Source: Nitrososphaerota archaeon
Lineage (GTDB): Archaea; Thermoproteota; Nitrososphaeria_A; Caldarchaeales; Caldarchaeaceae
Assembly (NCBI GenBank): GCA_041641305.1
Contig: JBEPYN010000001.1
Coordinates: 1-64,000, forward strand
Direction: 5' to 3'
Length of the DNA stretch: 64,000 bases
Under the pieces are notes generated by a model, which was not told where the DNA came from, searched no databases, and saw only the letters and a list, made by a program, of their open reading frames with translations. Within the stretch, counting starts at the first letter, position 1. Each line of letters begins with the position of its first letter. The translations under genes were made by a program, and so were the position numbers. Shown here in pieces: positions 37,286 through 47,357 of this stretch.

Positions 37286-38136
37286 AGCCCCGAAGACGAC
37301 CAGCGGTAGCCGGATACTTCTACGAGGGCTCCAGAGAAGCTCTTCTGAGACAGGTGGAAAACTGTTTCCTATCATCACACGGCCCGGGAAAAACACCTAC
37401 AAAAGAGTGGAGCACCCGTCGTCCACCTGCTCTCATCTCTCCACATGCGGGTCTGATGTACTCGGGGCCTGTCGCGGCCCACGGATACTATGAGCTGACA
37501 AAATATGCGGCGCCTGAGTCTGTTGTTGTTTTCGGGCCCAACCACTACGGAGTGGGGACAGTTGTTTCAATATACCCGGGAGGAAGCTGGTTGACCCCTC
37601 TCGGAGAGGTCAAAATAGATGATAAGCTCGCGGCGGAGATCGCTGGACAGCGTGAGTTTTTCTACTTGGATGAAATAAGCCATGCACGTGAACACAGCAT
37701 CGAGGTACAGTTGCCTTTCCTCCAGTACCTGTATGGCGAATTCCTGTTTGTACCAATCTGTATTAATGACCAAAGCCTCGAGACTTGTGTGGAGATTGGG
37801 GAGGCTGTTGCAGAAGTTGTCGATAGAAGAAACATTCTCATGATTGCGTCTACCGATTTCACGCATTATGAGCCGCATGAAACGGTGTTGAAAAAGGACA
37901 GGCTCGCTCTTGAGCGTATACAGCAGCTTGACGTCGAAGGCCTTTACAAGGTGATTGAGAAGTATGACATAACTATGTGTGGGTACGGAGCTGTGGCGGC
38001 GTTGTTGGTTGCCGCAAGAAAGCTCGGGGCAGTCGAGGCCACGGTCTTGAAACAGGCTACAAGCGGCGATACAAGCGGGGATTACGAGTCTGTGGTCGGC
38101 TACGCGGCCTGTAAAATTGAGCTGCCTGAAAAATGA
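37282..38136 (+). CDS. MEMO1 family protein (AmmeMemoRadiSam protein B)
   Basis: RRPAVAG.FY, PHAG..YSG, GPNH, EHSIEVQLPFLQ, STDFTHY, TMCG. Confidence 0.95.
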   Translation: MKPRRRPAVAGYFYEGSREALLRQVENCFLSSHGPGKTPTKEWSTRRPPALISPHAGLMYSGPVAAHGYYELTKYAAPESVVVFGPNHYGVGTVVSIYPGGSWLTPLGEVKIDDKLAAEIAGQREFFYLDEISHAREHSIEVQLPFLQYLYGEFLFVPICINDQSLETCVEIGEAVAEVVDRRNILMIASTDFTHYEPHETVLKKDRLALERIQQLDVEGLYKVIEKYDITMCGYGAVAALLVAARKLGAVEATVLKQATSGDTSGDYESVVGYAACKIELPEK

Positions 38137-39092
38137 GGAAGCAGGTCAAAGTATTCGCACCGGGTAAAGTCATACTTTATGGAGAACACTTTGTCGTCTC
38201 AGGCTACCCAGCCATCGTAACAGCAATAGACCGTGGCGTAACTGTCACAGCGAGAAAAGTAGAGGACAAGTTTGTCATAGTTTCAAAACATTCAGCCGCG
38301 GCGTGGGATATTTCCGGAGAGCCCATTGCCGCCAGCTCACATACCCTTGCCCCGCTCTACAACATGGTTAGAGAGATATGTTTGGACAATGGTGTGCCGT
38401 GCACAGGGTTGGCTGAGATAGAGTCAGACCTAGTTAGCGGCGGAGGACTCGGCTCCTCTGCAGCTGTCTCCGTCGCGCTTGCTAAGGCCGTGTCGCTTCT
38501 GCATGAAATCGAGCTAAGCCGAGACCAGCTTATACAGTATGCTCTCAAGGCTGAGAAAGAGTTCCACGGCAGACCGTCTGGAATAGACCCGACAATATCC
38601 GCGGTAGGCGGAACCATTGCCTACCAAGGCCTTGGAAAATACACAGGCATTGAGATAGGTGAACCCCTAGACCTAATAATAGTCTTCAGCGGCAGAAAAA
38701 GGAAAACATCTAAGATGGTCGATATTGTGCAGAGGTTTGCTGCTGAGAAGAGAAATGTTTTCACGGAGCTTGTGAAACTTTATTCATATATATACGAGGA
38801 GGCGAAAAAGTCCTTGGCTCAAGGAGACCTTGAGACCATCGGCCAACTTTTCACACTCAACCATCTTCTTCTAAAGACAGTCGGTGTCTCGGCAGAGGTT
38901 CTGGAGAACATAGTGGATAGGTTGAGGAGCTTATGTGTCTACGGGTCTAAGCTGACGGGAGCGGGTGGCGGCGGTTGCGTAATCGCAGTAGCGGGTGAAA
39001 GAACCGCGGATATTGTAGAAGAGATGTCAAGGCTTTATCCAGGGGCTTGGTTAAGCAGGATAGGGGTAGCCGGAGTAGGTGAAAAGGTTTGA
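38133..39092 (+). CDS. mvk: Mevalonate kinase
   Basis: PGKVILYGEH, GLGSSAA, HGRPSGID, KLTGAGGGG. Confidence 0.95.
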   Translation: MRKQVKVFAPGKVILYGEHFVVSGYPAIVTAIDRGVTVTARKVEDKFVIVSKHSAAAWDISGEPIAASSHTLAPLYNMVREICLDNGVPCTGLAEIESDLVSGGGLGSSAAVSVALAKAVSLLHEIELSRDQLIQYALKAEKEFHGRPSGIDPTISAVGGTIAYQGLGKYTGIEIGEPLDLIIVFSGRKRKTSKMVDIVQRFAAEKRNVFTELVKLYSYIYEEAKKSLAQGDLETIGQLFTLNHLLLKTVGVSAEVLENIVDRLRSLCVYGSKLTGAGGGGCVIAVAGERTADIVEEMSRLYPGAWLSRIGVAGVGEKV

Positions 39093-39871
39093 GCAACCTT
39101 GTAATCCTCAAGATAGGTGGCTCAGTCATCACAGACAAAACGAGAGAAAACTTCTTCAGACAAGAAGTTATGGCGAGAATAGCGAAGGAGATTGCGAGAT
39201 GCTGGCCCACGCCTATGATAATAATACATGGAGCAGGCTCTTTCGGACACCCCATCGCCAAACAGTACAGAATTGACGAGGGTTATAGGGAGCAGGGGCA
39301 GTTGGAGGGGTTTGTGAAAACCCTTCAATCGGTTAAGACCCTAAACCAGCATGTCGTCAATACACTCATCGAAACTGGTATAGGAGCTGTTGGCATGCCT
39401 GCGTCTACACTTTTCATCACGCGGAAAGGCGTCATAGAAACCGCTCATCTTGACATGTTCTTCTCGGCCCTCGACCTGGGAGTAATACCGGTCACATGCG
39501 GTGATGCAGTTTTTGACCGAGAGCTAAAGTTCACAGTAGCCTCGGGGGATCAGATAGCCATCCACCTCGCAAAATCTCTGAGAGCCTCGCGGATAGTTTT
39601 CGCCAGCGACGTTGACGGTGTTTATGAGGTTGACAGGGAGACGGGTGAGAAGAAGGTGCTTGAGAAGCTTGATTATAGGAGACATTCAACCCTCTACTAT
39701 GGAGGTGTTGAAGGCGAGGATGTTACAGGAGGGATGTTCTACAAGGTTGAAATGGGGTTTGAGGCTGTGAAAGCTGGTGTAGACGTTGTGATAGTCAACG
39801 GCCTCGTCGAAGGCAGGATAGAAGCCGCTGTGAAGGGAAAGCCTGTGAAAGGGACAACGCTGGTGATGTAG
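39089..39871 (+). CDS. ipk: Isopentenyl phosphate kinase
   Basis: KIGGSVITDK, HGAGSFGH, SGD, DVTGGM. Confidence 0.93.
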   Translation: MSNLVILKIGGSVITDKTRENFFRQEVMARIAKEIARCWPTPMIIIHGAGSFGHPIAKQYRIDEGYREQGQLEGFVKTLQSVKTLNQHVVNTLIETGIGAVGMPASTLFITRKGVIETAHLDMFFSALDLGVIPVTCGDAVFDRELKFTVASGDQIAIHLAKSLRASRIVFASDVDGVYEVDRETGEKKVLEKLDYRRHSTLYYGGVEGEDVTGGMFYKVEMGFEAVKAGVDVVIVNGLVEGRIEAAVKGKPVKGTTLVM

Positions 39872-39872
39872 C

Positions 39873-40949
39873 GTGAGCATAGAGGCGAGGAAAAGCGATC
39901 ACATCAAGATAAGTCTCGAAAAAGACGTTTCCTTCAAAAAATCAACATGGCTCGAATACGTGGAGCTTGTACATCAAGCCGCTCCGGAGATAGATCCCGG
40001 AGATATCCAAACCGAAACCATTTTCCTTGGCCGCAGGTTCAGCCACCCACTGATAATAGAGTCGATGACGGGGGGCACATCTGAAGCGGAGAAGATAAAC
40101 GCCAACCTCGGGCAGGCAGCCGCGGTTTTCAAGGTGCCCATGGGCGTAGGCAGTCAGAGAGCGGGAATAGTCAAGCCTGAGACAGTTCGCACATTCAGGG
40201 CTGCGCGTGACCATGGTCCAGACGCTTTTCTCATCGGCAACATAGGGGCGGTGCAGCTGGTGGAAAACGGTGTGGAGATGGGTTTAAAGGCGGTTGAGAT
40301 GATAGACGCCGACGCCCTCGCCGTCCACCTCAACCCTCTCCAAGAAATCATACAGCCAGACGGAAAAGCACGGTTCAGAAACCTCTCAAAAACACTTGAG
40401 AAGCTGCGGAAAGAGTTGAGCATACCAATTATTTTGAAGGAGATTGGATGCGGGTTGTCGAGGGAGGTTGTGGCGATGGCTGATAGAGTAGGTTTAGATG
40501 CTTTTGACGTGGCCGGCTCAGGGGGAACAAACTGGACGATGATAGAGATGATACGTGCAGAGGAAATGAAAGACAGCGAGAAAAGGGCGCTTGCAGAGGT
40601 TTTCCTCGAATGGGGCATCCCGACAGCGGCCGCCGTCATGGAGGCTGTTGACACAACAACCAAGCCTGTGATAGCCTCCGGAGGGTTAAGGACAGGACTC
40701 GATGCAGCAAAAACCCTGGCCCTCGGAGCATCCATGGCTGGTCTGGCGAGACCATTCCTCAAACCGGCCACCAATTCTGCCGAGGACGTACTGGCGACGC
40801 TAAGTAGATTGTCTAACCAGCTGAAGACAACGATGTTCTTAACAGGATGTAAGACAGTAGATGAGCTACGAAATGCACCCAAAGTGGTTATGGGGCCACT
40901 GCGTGAATGGGCTGCACAGAGGCTCAGTCGTGGCAGTAGACAAACCTGA
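39873..40949 (+). CDS. fni: Type 2 isopentenyl-diphosphate isomerase
   Basis: RKSDHI, SMTGG, GSQR, HLNPLQE, GGTNW, WGIPT. Confidence 0.95.
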   Translation: MSIEARKSDHIKISLEKDVSFKKSTWLEYVELVHQAAPEIDPGDIQTETIFLGRRFSHPLIIESMTGGTSEAEKINANLGQAAAVFKVPMGVGSQRAGIVKPETVRTFRAARDHGPDAFLIGNIGAVQLVENGVEMGLKAVEMIDADALAVHLNPLQEIIQPDGKARFRNLSKTLEKLRKELSIPIILKEIGCGLSREVVAMADRVGLDAFDVAGSGGTNWTMIEMIRAEEMKDSEKRALAEVFLEWGIPTAAAVMEAVDTTTKPVIASGGLRTGLDAAKTLALGASMAGLARPFLKPATNSAEDVLATLSRLSNQLKTTMFLTGCKTVDELRNAPKVVMGPLREWAAQRLSRGSRQT

Positions 40950-42648
40950 GCTCGTTAGGGCTGTCCCGCCTCACAAACCCATAGCGCTCAAACTGCACAA
41001 CCTCATCAAAAACAACACTCTCGACAGCGGCCTCAGCCAATCCCCCCTCAACCCACAGGCTATCCTTATCTACTGAGCCGTCCTCGCTAAACAGCGGCCT
41101 ATACCTGATGACTCTGACAAAACGGTTGTCGTCCGAAACCCACTGAATGATCTTTCCTTCCTTGATTGGAGGGCCTCCAACGACTTCGCCCACCACCTCT
41201 TCATCACGCTTCTCAACAACCCTTATGTTTCCGAGCAGTTTGCAGCGAAAAACTTCTCCTACAACCAGTTTTTCAGCGTCCTGCCCCGAGATATAGAGTG
41301 TTCCTCCTGCCCTGATCACCCTCTTACCCATATTGGCCGATGGATGAAATGGAACCTCGACATCGGCTCCGTCGAAGTTAACAAGTCTTAACTTAACGGG
41401 AGAAGATACGAACCAGAGACGCCTGGCGACGGGGTCCACCAGTTTTCTGTTGATGCTGTGTAAGAGGCTCCAGTCAAATTCTTTTTTTGCCTGTGTGACC
41501 CCGGCATAGGTGAGTGTGAATTCGCGAATAGCCTGTGGTCTAATCCCTCTTCTCTTCACGGCTTCAATTGTCGAAAGTCTCGGGTCATCCCATCCAGAGA
41601 CAACACCCTCCTCAATCAAGCCCCTTATCTCTCTCTTAGATGTAGTGGCCCCACGAAACTCGAAACGTGAAAACTCGACGTAGACAGGGTTACTTAATCC
41701 GAGGATTCCTCGTATCATGTTTTGGAGCTCATCTCGGAAAGCGAACTCGCTACTGCGGAGGACATGGGTGACACCACATAAACCATCCTGCACAGCGGCG
41801 GCGAAGTCGTAGGTTGGCCAGACAACGTATTCACGTCCCTTGAGTGGGTGAGGGTGGTCAACTATCCTGAACATGACGGGGTCGCGGAGTGCTGTGTTAG
41901 GGCTGGCCACGTCGCCAACCAGCCTGAAGGAGACCTCTCCCTCCCTGTATGCCCTGTCGAGAGCCTTTTCCCACACCTCAAGCCCCTTCTCCCTAACCAT
42001 GTCGCGATGCACACAGCCAACCCCGTGAGAACGCTGGCGATGCATCTCATCGGGGCTGCAGAAACACGGGTAAAGAAACCCCTCCTTAATCATCTTCTCA
42101 GCAAACATGTAGTATTTCTCCATGTCGTCGGAGTTGTTTTTCTCAAAATCCCATTCTATTCCGAGCCATCGGTAGCCTCTGCGGAAGCTTTCATAAAACT
42201 CGAGACGAGCTTTCCGCGGGTTGGTGTCCTCGAACCTGAGCCAGAGCTTGCCTCCATATCTTCTCGCGTAGTGTTCGTTGATGAGGCCTGCTAGTGCGTG
42301 TCCGAGATGCATGTAGCCGCTCGGCTCGGGCGGAAGTCTGGTGACAACTTTTCCCTCGACAGCTCCGGGTAAAGGGGGAGGTAGACGCGTCTCTCCGATA
42401 TCCCTATGTCTGACAGGCTCTCTCACGCCGAATTTATCTGCCAAAACATGTTTCTGCTTCTCAAGCTCCATAGAGTTGACTTCTGCCACTACTTCTTCGA
42501 CAATCTGCCTTACCTCGGCGACCTGTTGACGGAGAGCGGGGTCTGAGCCGAGAAGCTTCGACAGAACGGCCTTAGCGTCAGCCTTACCACCGTGTTCGAC
42601 GGCGTTACGCAACGCGAGTTCCAGCGCCCTATCCCGGAGTGAGCTCAT
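40924..42648 (-). CDS. gltX: Glutamyl-tRNA synthetase
   Basis: PPEPSGYMHLGH, RFEDTNP, WPTYDF, THVLRS, GWDDPRL, QFERYGF. Confidence 0.95.
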   Translation of the reverse strand: MSSLRDRALELALRNAVEHGGKADAKAVLSKLLGSDPALRQQVAEVRQIVEEVVAEVNSMELEKQKHVLADKFGVREPVRHRDIGETRLPPPLPGAVEGKVVTRLPPEPSGYMHLGHALAGLINEHYARRYGGKLWLRFEDTNPRKARLEFYESFRRGYRWLGIEWDFEKNNSDDMEKYYMFAEKMIKEGFLYPCFCSPDEMHRQRSHGVGCVHRDMVREKGLEVWEKALDRAYREGEVSFRLVGDVASPNTALRDPVMFRIVDHPHPLKGREYVVWPTYDFAAAVQDGLCGVTHVLRSSEFAFRDELQNMIRGILGLSNPVYVEFSRFEFRGATTSKREIRGLIEEGVVSGWDDPRLSTIEAVKRRGIRPQAIREFTLTYAGVTQAKKEFDWSLLHSINRKLVDPVARRLWFVSSPVKLRLVNFDGADVEVPFHPSANMGKRVIRAGGTLYISGQDAEKLVVGEVFRCKLLGNIRVVEKRDEEVVGEVVGGPPIKEGKIIQWVSDDNRFVRVIRYRPLFSEDGSVDKDSLWVEGGLAEAAVESVVFDEVVQFERYGFVRRDSPNELRFVYCHD

Positions 42649-42749
42649 CTAAAGATTGGTTATGCAGGGGTAATTTATGCATGCGTCGTGAGGTATGCTA
42701 AAAACCTTGTCACAATAGCTTTAAGTTATACACCTCTGCCAGAGTTCAA

Positions 42750-42774
42750 GGAGATGAAGGCCTATGCCTAATCC
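42750..42774 (+). promoter_or_regulatory. Predicted kink-turn hairpin covering the SD and start codon of rpl7ae
   Basis: GGA-GAU-GA-AGGC-CUAU-GCCU-AA-UCC: C-stem, 3-nt bulge, G.A and A.A pairs, 4-bp NC stem. Confidence 0.6.
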
Positions 42775-43135
42775 ATACTACCAAACCTTCACACCCCCAG
42801 AAGAGCTTGTGACAGCGTCTCTTGAAGCGGTGAGACTTGCGAGGACATCAGGTAAAATAAGAAAAGGCGTCAACGAGGTAATCAAGGCTATTGAGAGAGG
42901 TCAAGCAAAGTTCGTGCTGATAGCGACCGATGTTGATCCACCTGAGATTGTAGCCTTTCTGCCGACGCTTTGCGAAGAGAGGAAGATAAGCTACATCTTT
43001 GTCAACTCCAAGTCGCAACTGGGCGAGGTCGCTGGCCTCTCTGTTCCAGCAAGCTCCGTAGCCGTCGTCGACCCTGGCGAGGCAAAGGGTTACATCGAGG
43101 AGATCGTCAAGAAGATACAGGAGATCAAGAAATAG
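42764..43135 (+). CDS. rpl7ae: Ribosomal protein eL8 (L7Ae)
   Basis: KGVNEVIKAIERG, DVDPPEIV. Confidence 0.97.
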   Translation: MPNPYYQTFTPPEELVTASLEAVRLARTSGKIRKGVNEVIKAIERGQAKFVLIATDVDPPEIVAFLPTLCEERKISYIFVNSKSQLGEVAGLSVPASSVAVVDPGEAKGYIEEIVKKIQEIKK

Positions 43136-43146
43136 GGTGAGTAGCC

Positions 43147-43371
43147 GTGAGCGCCAAGGCGCCGCCGAAAATAGAGGAACCAGTGCCTGCAGTGGTCGAG
43201 CAGGTTGTGGGAAGAACCGGTGTAACGGGGGAGGTTACCCAAGTACGCGTACGCATACTGAAGGGTAAAGACGAGGGTAGAGTGATTTCGCGAAACGTCA
43301 AGGGACCCGTCAGAGTCGGCGACATTCTAATGCTCCTTGACACAGAGAGGGAAGCAGAGAAGATAAAGTGA
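43147..43371 (+). CDS. rps28e: Ribosomal protein eS28
   Basis: [26 protein letters not shown]. Confidence 0.96.
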   Translation: MSAKAPPKIEEPVPAVVEQVVGRTGVTGEVTQVRVRILKGKDEGRVISRNVKGPVRVGDILMLLDTEREAEKIK

Positions 43372-43378
43372 GCAGCAA

Positions 43379-43552
43379 ATGGTCAGAACGCATCGCTGCT
43401 CTTTTTGCGGACGGGAGTTCACACATGGAAAAGGCATGCTCTACGTGAAAAACGACGGAACACTTCTATGGTTCTGCTCACGAAAATGCCGAATCTACTT
43501 GGTTGAGCATGGCAAAGACCCGCGTAAACTGAAATGGACTAAATCAAGGTGA
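43379..43552 (+). CDS. rpl24e: Ribosomal protein eL24 (57 aa, absent from the ORF track)
   Basis: MVRTHRCSFCGREFTHGKGMLYVKNDGTLLWFCSRKC...PRKLKWT. Confidence 0.95.
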   Translation: MVRTHRCSFCGREFTHGKGMLYVKNDGTLLWFCSRKCRIYLVEHGKDPRKLKWTKSR

Positions 43553-43559
43553 TCACAAG

Positions 43560-43976
43560 TTGGATAGGACATTTGTCATATTGAAGCCAAGCGCGGTCTC
43601 ACGCGGTCTCGTGGGCGAAATTATTTCGAGGTTTGAGAGAAAAGGGCTGAGACCTCTCGCTATTCAGCTTAAACAGTTGACAAGGGATGAGGCGGCCAGG
43701 CTCTACGAGGTTCACCGCGGTAAACCATTTTACGAGGATTTGCTAACAGCCATAACGAGGGGTCCAGTCGTGCTCCTTGTTCTAGAGGGCCGGCAGGCCG
43801 TGGAAGTGGTTAGGAAACTAATAGGCGCGACCGACCCCGTAAAAGCCGAGCCCGGAACAATTAGAGGAGACTACGGACTTGACATAACAGACAACCTCGT
43901 ACACGCCTCCGACAGTGTAGAATCATTTCAAAGGGAATCGGCCATATTTTTCCCTAGTTTAGAGAAAACACATTAA
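43560..43976 (+). CDS. ndk: Nucleoside diphosphate kinase
   Basis: GEIISRFE, PGTIRGD, NLVHASDS. Confidence 0.96.
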   Translation: MDRTFVILKPSAVSRGLVGEIISRFERKGLRPLAIQLKQLTRDEAARLYEVHRGKPFYEDLLTAITRGPVVLLVLEGRQAVEVVRKLIGATDPVKAEPGTIRGDYGLDITDNLVHASDSVESFQRESAIFFPSLEKTH

Positions 43977-44000
43977 GAGCTTTATATCCGAGTTGGTGAA

Positions 44001-45239
44001 ATGGCGTTCCCTAAGCAGCCAGAGGTCAACATAGGCACTCTCGGCCACGTTGACAACGGGAAGAGCACAATCGTCCAGAGCATAACGGGTGTATGGACGG
44101 CGAAGCACAGCGAGGAGCTTAAACGCGGGATAACCATACGAATTGGATACGCTGACGCAGCCATCTACGTCTGTCCACGATGTACACCGCCGTACAACCA
44201 TTACTCGGTCGAGAAGTGTCCCATCCATGGAACAGCAAACGAGTTTCAGAGAGTCGTCTCCTTCATAGACTGCCCAGGTCATCACTCTCTCATGGTCACT
44301 ATGCTTTCTGGTGCTGCATTATTCGACGGCGCCATTTTCGTGACAGACGTTAGACAAAAGTTCCCGCAGCCCCAGGACGGCGAGCATCTACAGGCAGCGA
44401 AAATCCTCGGAATAAAGAACTTGATTATTGCTCAGAACAAAATCGACCTCGTCGACAAGAGAAGGGCTGAGGAGAATTATGAAGAGATTGTCAGCTATCT
44501 TGAGGAAAACGGCTTCGAGAAACCACCGATCATACCTGTGTCTGGACAGCACGGAGTCGGCATAGAACCACTGCTTTATGCAATACAGCAGGTTATCAGG
44601 ACCCCGCAGCGTGACCCGTCGAAACCGTCGCGCATGCCTGTGCTTAGGTCATTCGATGTCAACATCCCAGGCACACCTGCGAAAAACATTAGAGGCGCTG
44701 TAATCGGCGGCTCCATTACACAAGGGGTTTTGAGGGTTGGTGACGAGATTGAGATACAGCCCGGCTTAGGGAAACAGAAGATGGGCAAAACGGTTTACGA
44801 GCCTCTCTACACCGAGGTGGCGAACCTCGTTGCAGGTGGAAAAAACGTGAAAGAAGCTTACCCTGGAGGGCTTACGGGTGTGGAGACGACACTGGACCCG
44901 TCTCTGGGAAAAGGAGATGGGCTGGTCGGAAATGTCGCGGGCAAGCCAGGCACCCTGCCCCCTGTCTGGAGCACCTTAACCCTCGAGTATCATTTGTTTG
45001 AAAGAGTTCTCGGCATAGAGGGGAATGTGGCGGTGAAGCAGATTGCGGAGAAAGAGGCTCTGGTCATAAACGTGTCATCTGCTGTTTCCAGCGGCGTTGT
45101 CTCTAAAAAAACCTCAAGCAAAATCGAAGTTGTTTTGTCTCGTCCACTTGTGGCGGAGCCTGGAAGCAAAGCAGCCATCTCAAGGAAAGTGGGTGCCGGA
45201 TGGCGTCTCATCGGTTACGGCATCATAATGGGGAGCTAA
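44001..45239 (+). CDS. eif2g: Translation initiation factor aIF2 gamma
   Basis: QPEVNIG, GHVDNGKST, HSEELKRGITI, DCPGH, QNKID, WRLIG. Confidence 0.96.
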   Translation: MAFPKQPEVNIGTLGHVDNGKSTIVQSITGVWTAKHSEELKRGITIRIGYADAAIYVCPRCTPPYNHYSVEKCPIHGTANEFQRVVSFIDCPGHHSLMVTMLSGAALFDGAIFVTDVRQKFPQPQDGEHLQAAKILGIKNLIIAQNKIDLVDKRRAEENYEEIVSYLEENGFEKPPIIPVSGQHGVGIEPLLYAIQQVIRTPQRDPSKPSRMPVLRSFDVNIPGTPAKNIRGAVIGGSITQGVLRVGDEIEIQPGLGKQKMGKTVYEPLYTEVANLVAGGKNVKEAYPGGLTGVETTLDPSLGKGDGLVGNVAGKPGTLPPVWSTLTLEYHLFERVLGIEGNVAVKQIAEKEALVINVSSAVSSGVVSKKTSSKIEVVLSRPLVAEPGSKAAISRKVGAGWRLIGYGIIMGS

Positions 45240-45623
45240 GTGAAGGTACTGGTTGACACGAGCTTTTTGCTATTTTGTGCGGAAAAGGGTGTGGACTACC
45301 TCTCTATCCTCGAGAATAGGTTGGGTGACAAGCTTGAGCCCGTGGCTCCTGTCTCTGTTATTGCTGAGTTGAAGAGGCTGGCCGACAAGAGAGGGCGGAA
45401 ATCAATGCTGGCCAAGGCCGCTCTGGAAATGTTGAAAAACATGGAGCAACTGCCGGGAAAATCCGGCGTCGTTGACGAGGTCTTGATTGAGCTGGCACGT
45501 GAGACAGGGTACCCTGTTTTGACGGTGGATACTCGTCTAATGCGGAGGCTCGGGTTAAGAAATCTCGAGTATCTCGGGGTTTCGGCGACGGGTAAGCCAA
45601 TAGTTAGGCTTAAATTCCGTTAA
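45240..45623 (+). CDS. PIN-domain protein (Fcf1/Utp24-like)
   Basis: VLVDTSFL, EL, VD, TVD; conserved position after aIF2g. Confidence 0.85.
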   Translation: MKVLVDTSFLLFCAEKGVDYLSILENRLGDKLEPVAPVSVIAELKRLADKRGRKSMLAKAALEMLKNMEQLPGKSGVVDEVLIELARETGYPVLTVDTRLMRRLGLRNLEYLGVSATGKPIVRLKFR

Positions 45624-45669
45624 ATAAGGCTCAATACATACTTGCTGACAAGGGATAGGGTGTGTAATC

Positions 45670-46233
45670 TTGTTCATGCTGGTTGAGGTTTCGGAGATTG
45701 TTGGAATTCCACCGGCGGACTTTGATAAGCCGCTGGAGAAGGTGGTTCTCAACGAGTTGAGAAAACGCTACGAAGGGGCGGTGGATGAGGAGCTGGGATA
45801 CATCATCATGGTGACCGACGCTAAAGTGGATAAAGTGGGCAGAATACTCCCCCGCGACGGCTCCACCTACCATAGAAGCACTTTTACACTTCTAACCTAC
45901 ATGCCGCTGCTCAACGAGGTGGTGCTTGGCGAAGTGGTCGAGATAACAGACTTCGGCTGCTTCGTCAGAGTGGGCCCTCTCGACGGCTTGATACACATAT
46001 CACAGATAATGGATGACTATATTACATATGACGAGAAAAACAACATGCTTGTCGGAAGGAAAACTGGCCGTAAACTCTCGGTGGGCGACGACGTTAGAGG
46101 CCGGATAAACGCCGTTTCTTTCGCAGGAGGCGCGGGTGGAAAGGTGTCTCTAGTGACGCGGCAGCCTATGATGGGCTCTCTCAAATGGATAGAGGAGGAT
46201 TTGGCGAAGACGGTGCAGTCAAGTGTCGGCTAA
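45670..46233 (+). CDS. rpoE1: RNA polymerase subunit E' (Rpo7)
   Basis: GEVVEITDFGCFVRVGPLDGLIHISQ S1 domain. Confidence 0.95.
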   Translation: MFMLVEVSEIVGIPPADFDKPLEKVVLNELRKRYEGAVDEELGYIIMVTDAKVDKVGRILPRDGSTYHRSTFTLLTYMPLLNEVVLGEVVEITDFGCFVRVGPLDGLIHISQIMDDYITYDEKNNMLVGRKTGRKLSVGDDVRGRINAVSFAGGAGGKVSLVTRQPMMGSLKWIEEDLAKTVQSSVG

Positions 46234-46414
46234 GCCGAGGGCGTGTAGAAACTGCAAAAGAATAGTTGTGGGAAAGACCTGCGACGTATGCGGTTCATCA
46301 AACCTTAGCACCAGCTACTCCGGTCTCGTGATAATCCTCGACGTGGAGAACTCGGAGATTGCGAAGGAGCTGGGAATAAGGAAATCGGGAAGATACGCGG
46401 TCAAAGTTGACTAA
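46223..46414 (+). CDS. spt4: Transcription elongation factor Spt4
   Basis: ACRNC..CDVCGS, GLVII, SEIAK, GRYA. Confidence 0.93.
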   Translation: MSAKPRACRNCKRIVVGKTCDVCGSSNLSTSYSGLVIILDVENSEIAKELGIRKSGRYAVKVD

Positions 46415-46913
46415 CCTCTGGAGCAGACGCATATCCTTCACCGAAGACATGAAGAACCGTGTGCGGACACCGCTGGGTGAACTGAGACTCGGTGATCTGA
46501 CATATTCTAAGGACCTTGCGGAAGCTAAGCCGCTTGTAGTTGTAGGGGACTACACCTATAAACAGATGATTAAAGCAGGTTTGAGGCCGGATGTCGTGGT
46601 AGTGGATGCGAGGGTAATGCGAGATGCTGCGGAGCCGCCTTCGCTCGAAGGCTACGAGGTTACACATGTTAGGAACATGGCTGGAGTAATTGAGCCTGCC
46701 GCCGCCGAAGCCGTTGTCACAGCTGTACTCAGAGGCCGGGGCGCTGTCTTTGTAGACGGGGAGGAGGATCTTCTGGCTTTGCCCGCTATTCACGCTCTAC
46801 CCGAAGGTGGAGTGGTTGTCTATGGACAGCCAAAGCAGGGATACGTTGTGGTCAAATCTTCCCCAGAGGTCAAAAGGCTGGTTGAGGAAATTATTTCGCC
46901 TGCTCCTGTTTGA
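46407..46913 (+). CDS. GTP-dependent dephospho-CoA kinase (DUF359)
   Basis: VGD, VVD, VDGEEDLL, YGQP. Confidence 0.88.
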   Translation: MTNLWSRRISFTEDMKNRVRTPLGELRLGDLTYSKDLAEAKPLVVVGDYTYKQMIKAGLRPDVVVVDARVMRDAAEPPSLEGYEVTHVRNMAGVIEPAAAEAVVTAVLRGRGAVFVDGEEDLLALPAIHALPEGGVVVYGQPKQGYVVVKSSPEVKRLVEEIISPAPV

Positions 46914-47061
46914 ACTTGGTGTAACCGCATTTCCCGCATGTATATCTGTTGCCGTGGTCTGCCATAAAGTATCCGACACCGCATCTCGGGCATGAGACCA
47001 AAGTTTTCTCGATGCGCCCATCCTTCACCACATACCTTTTCCAAAGACCTTGTTTCGTCAT
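46891..47061 (-). CDS. rps27ae: Ribosomal protein eS31 (S27ae; 56 aa, absent from the ORF track)
   Basis: MTKQGLWKRY...SCPRCGVGYFMADHGNRYTCGKCGYT. Confidence 0.95.
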   Translation of the reverse strand: MTKQGLWKRYVVKDGRIEKTLVSCPRCGVGYFMADHGNRYTCGKCGYTKFKQEQAK

Positions 47062-47357
47062 TTCTTCGGCCTCTCCGCGAGCTTGTTCCTGATAAGTATA
47101 TGAAGCGGCTCAAAGACCTTGATTTCTTCAGCCTTGTTGTAGACATTTGCATAAACATCCACTATTCTCGAGCCTGTGCGGTAGAGGAGTTTTCTAATGA
47201 CTACTCTGGATGGGTCGATGTTGAGATGCGCTGCTATAAGCTGCTTGGCCTCGTCACGTGTAATAGGGTTGGTGTATGAAATTTTGGCTGTTATCTCACG
47301 TCTGCCCACCAGCTTGTTTTCCACAAGCTTCGAGTCAACCAGCGACATCCTCTTCAC
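47058..47357 (-). CDS. rps24e: Ribosomal protein eS24
   Basis: ENKLVGRREI, FEPLHILIRN; adjacent to rps27ae. Confidence 0.9.
   Translation of the reverse strand: MKRMSLVDSKLVENKLVGRREITAKISYTNPITRDEAKQLIAAHLNIDPSRVVIRKLLYRTGSRIVDVYANVYNKAEEIKVFEPLHILIRNKLAERPKK

Noticed and set aside
37282-40949. MEMO1-mvk-ipk-fni as a novel system
   Set aside because: A well-known conserved archaeal gene neighbourhood.
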